64,000 nucleotides of DNA from a virus. Every line of letters starts with the position of its first letter. Positions within the stretch are counted from its first letter, which is position 1. The DNA is taken from the IMG/VR virus record IMGVR_UViG_3300012683_000008, positions 15,798 through 79,797 of that record; one strand, written 5' to 3'. The notes under the pieces were generated by a model that had not been told where the DNA came from, made no database searches, and saw nothing but the letters and a program-made list of their open reading frames with translations. Positions 62,566-64,000 of the stretch are shown one piece after another. The position numbers and the translations under genes were made by a program.

Positions 62566-64000
62566 CTGCTCTTGGGCTGCCTGTCGACGGAGAAGATCTC
62601 GGAACTGGTTGTTGAGCCGTTCCTTCTCGTTCGACATCCGCACCAGGTACTGGTCGACACCGAGGCCTGGATCCTTGAGGTGGGTCTTCTCCAGCACCCC
62701 AGACCGACGCCGAGTGGCCAAGAACCTCTGCACCAGGATCTTCCGCTCTTCTGGCGGCAGTGCTTCGTGGCTCTTGTAGCGGATGCCTCGGCCCTCGACC
62801 TGCTTGAGCTTCTCGTGGTTCCAGTGGGGCTCCAGCATCTGGAGCAGACGAGTTCCCTTCAGGTCGAGACCCTCTCCACCGGCTGAGCTCAGAAGAAGAG
62901 CACGCAGCTTGCCCTCGTTGTACTGCTTCACGAGATCGTTGCGCTCGTCCTTGTTCATCTGCCCACTGAACTCTCCGAACGGAATCTTGGCCTCGTTCAG
63001 CCGCTTCTTGTACGGTTCGAGACCGGCACCAAGGTAGTTCGAGTAGACGACAGCCTTGGCCCTCGGGTTCGAGCCCAGTGTCTTCTGGAGCTCCTCGAAG
63101 GCTCTCTGAATCTTCGGGTCAGCCGGCTTGCCCTTGGTGACGTAGGGAGCAGTGGTGTTCGAGGTCTGCCGTGCAGCACCGAGGAAGGCGTTGAGCTGTC
63201 CGGACTCCTGCTTGGTCGGTGGCAGGCCCTTGAGCACCTTGTAGCGGACCCACAGAGGGGCCTTGCCCATGACCGTGTCGTAGACCTCTTGCTGGGAGCG
63301 TTCCATCGGCACTTCGATGTCCTGGCGCTCGACCGAGGGGAAGTTCTCTGGGGAGCCTTCGTAGTAGTCGACCCACTTCTTCAGGATGCCGCCGAGCTCC
63401 TTCGACGACTTCTGGTTCAGCACAGGGAAGCTGCCAGGTTTCACCCCACGCAGGCGCCCGATGATGCCAGGGCTGACCTTCTGCTCGGCGATGAACTTGT
63501 CCTCGAAGGTCTTCTGGTTCGACGGCAAGACGTCCTCGCCGGCAGCCAGGTTGACGAGAGGAGCGATGTCATAGGGCCGGTTGTAGAGCGGCGTGCCGGT
63601 GAGGAGGAGCCTCTTCTCGGACTTGTTCTTCTTCAGCGTCGAGTATGTCTTCGAGGATGGGTCACGAGCTCTGTGAGCCTCATCCACGACCATCATCTTC
63701 TGCTTCGGCGCCTCGCCTTTGACGGCGATGTTCTGCATCGACTGGATGTTGGTCTGGAGCTTCTTCCCTGAGATGTGCTTCTTGAGCTCCTTGGCGTAGT
63801 TCCCACGGAGCGAAGCAGGCACCACGACATCCGCCGGCATGCCGAGAGCGTCTTGGGCGGCGATGGCAGTGAGCGTCTTGCCGGAGCCAAGACCGTGGGC
63901 AACCAGAAGACCGGGCTGATCGGCCTTCTGGATGCGCTCGACAACCCGCTTCTGGTGGGGCTGGAGCTCGGTCCTGACCTTGGCGAGCTTCTCAGCGAAC
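62560..64000 (-). CDS. SNF2-family helicase/ATPase (5' end beyond window)
   Basis: Frame is open past the ORF-track start to the window edge: LQPHQ, AHGLGSGKT, VVDEAH, LLTGTP, KAVVYS, AGGEGLDL, EPHWN, QVEGRGIR. Confidence 0.9.
   Translation of the reverse strand, partial: FAEKLAKVRTELQPHQKRVVERIQKADQPGLLVAHGLGSGKTLTAIAAQDALGMPADVVVPASLRGNYAKELKKHISGKKLQTNIQSMQNIAVKGEAPKQKMMVVDEAHRARDPSSKTYSTLKKNKSEKRLLLTGTPLYNRPYDIAPLVNLAAGEDVLPSNQKTFEDKFIAEQKVSPGIIGRLRGVKPGSFPVLNQKSSKELGGILKKWVDYYEGSPENFPSVERQDIEVPMERSQQEVYDTVMGKAPLWVRYKVLKGLPPTKQESGQLNAFLGAARQTSNTTAPYVTKGKPADPKIQRAFEELQKTLGSNPRAKAVVYSNYLGAGLEPYKKRLNEAKIPFGEFSGQMNKDERNDLVKQYNEGKLRALLLSSAGGEGLDLKGTRLLQMLEPHWNHEKLKQVEGRGIRYKSHEALPPEERKILVQRFLATRRRSGVLEKTHLKDPGLGVDQYLVRMSNEKERLNNQFRDLLRRQAAQEQG

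Noticed and set aside
1-64000. tRNA genes, integrase/transposase, alternative genetic code
   Set aside because: No cloverleaf or recombinase motifs seen; genes tile densely under the standard code with all three stop codons used

Overview
A 64 kb segment of a large, GC-rich tailed phage (probably a myovirus, given a gpV-type spike gene). No host genes, tRNAs, CRISPR arrays or integrase were seen. The minus strand carries dispersed virion/late genes: a partial Kelch/FN3 fibre-like protein missing from the ORF track, neck, HK97-type major capsid, scaffold-like proteins, prohead protease, large terminase, spike, portal and a partial SNF2 helicase. It also carries a 2079-aa single-chain beta-beta' RNA polymerase whose stop overlaps the spike start. 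The plus strand carries islands of small genes and a replication/recombination block: SF2 helicase, family-4 UDG, DnaB, DnaG, putative SSB, PolA, HU, RecA-like, PD-(D/E)XK nucleases, dNMP kinase, ThyX, RusA, RNase HII. Main observations: (1) most plus-strand islands open with GG-N-ATAAG and all five close with a hairpin followed by TTAG(C), while some minus-strand operons have sigma70-like promoters, suggesting a virion-delivered fused RNAP with its own promoter/terminator code; (2) head-module proteins are punctuated by K-x-A(S) motifs, and five dispersed Gly/Ala- or Pro-rich proteins share an F-x-DE-[LV]-[EK]-K-[IL]-[AG] leader, suggesting a capsid-targeting and processing system; (3) several structured intergenic elements, a RecA with altered Walker motifs, prion-like low-complexity tails and apparent CGCG avoidance. 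All calls come from motif recognition by eye; no database search was run.
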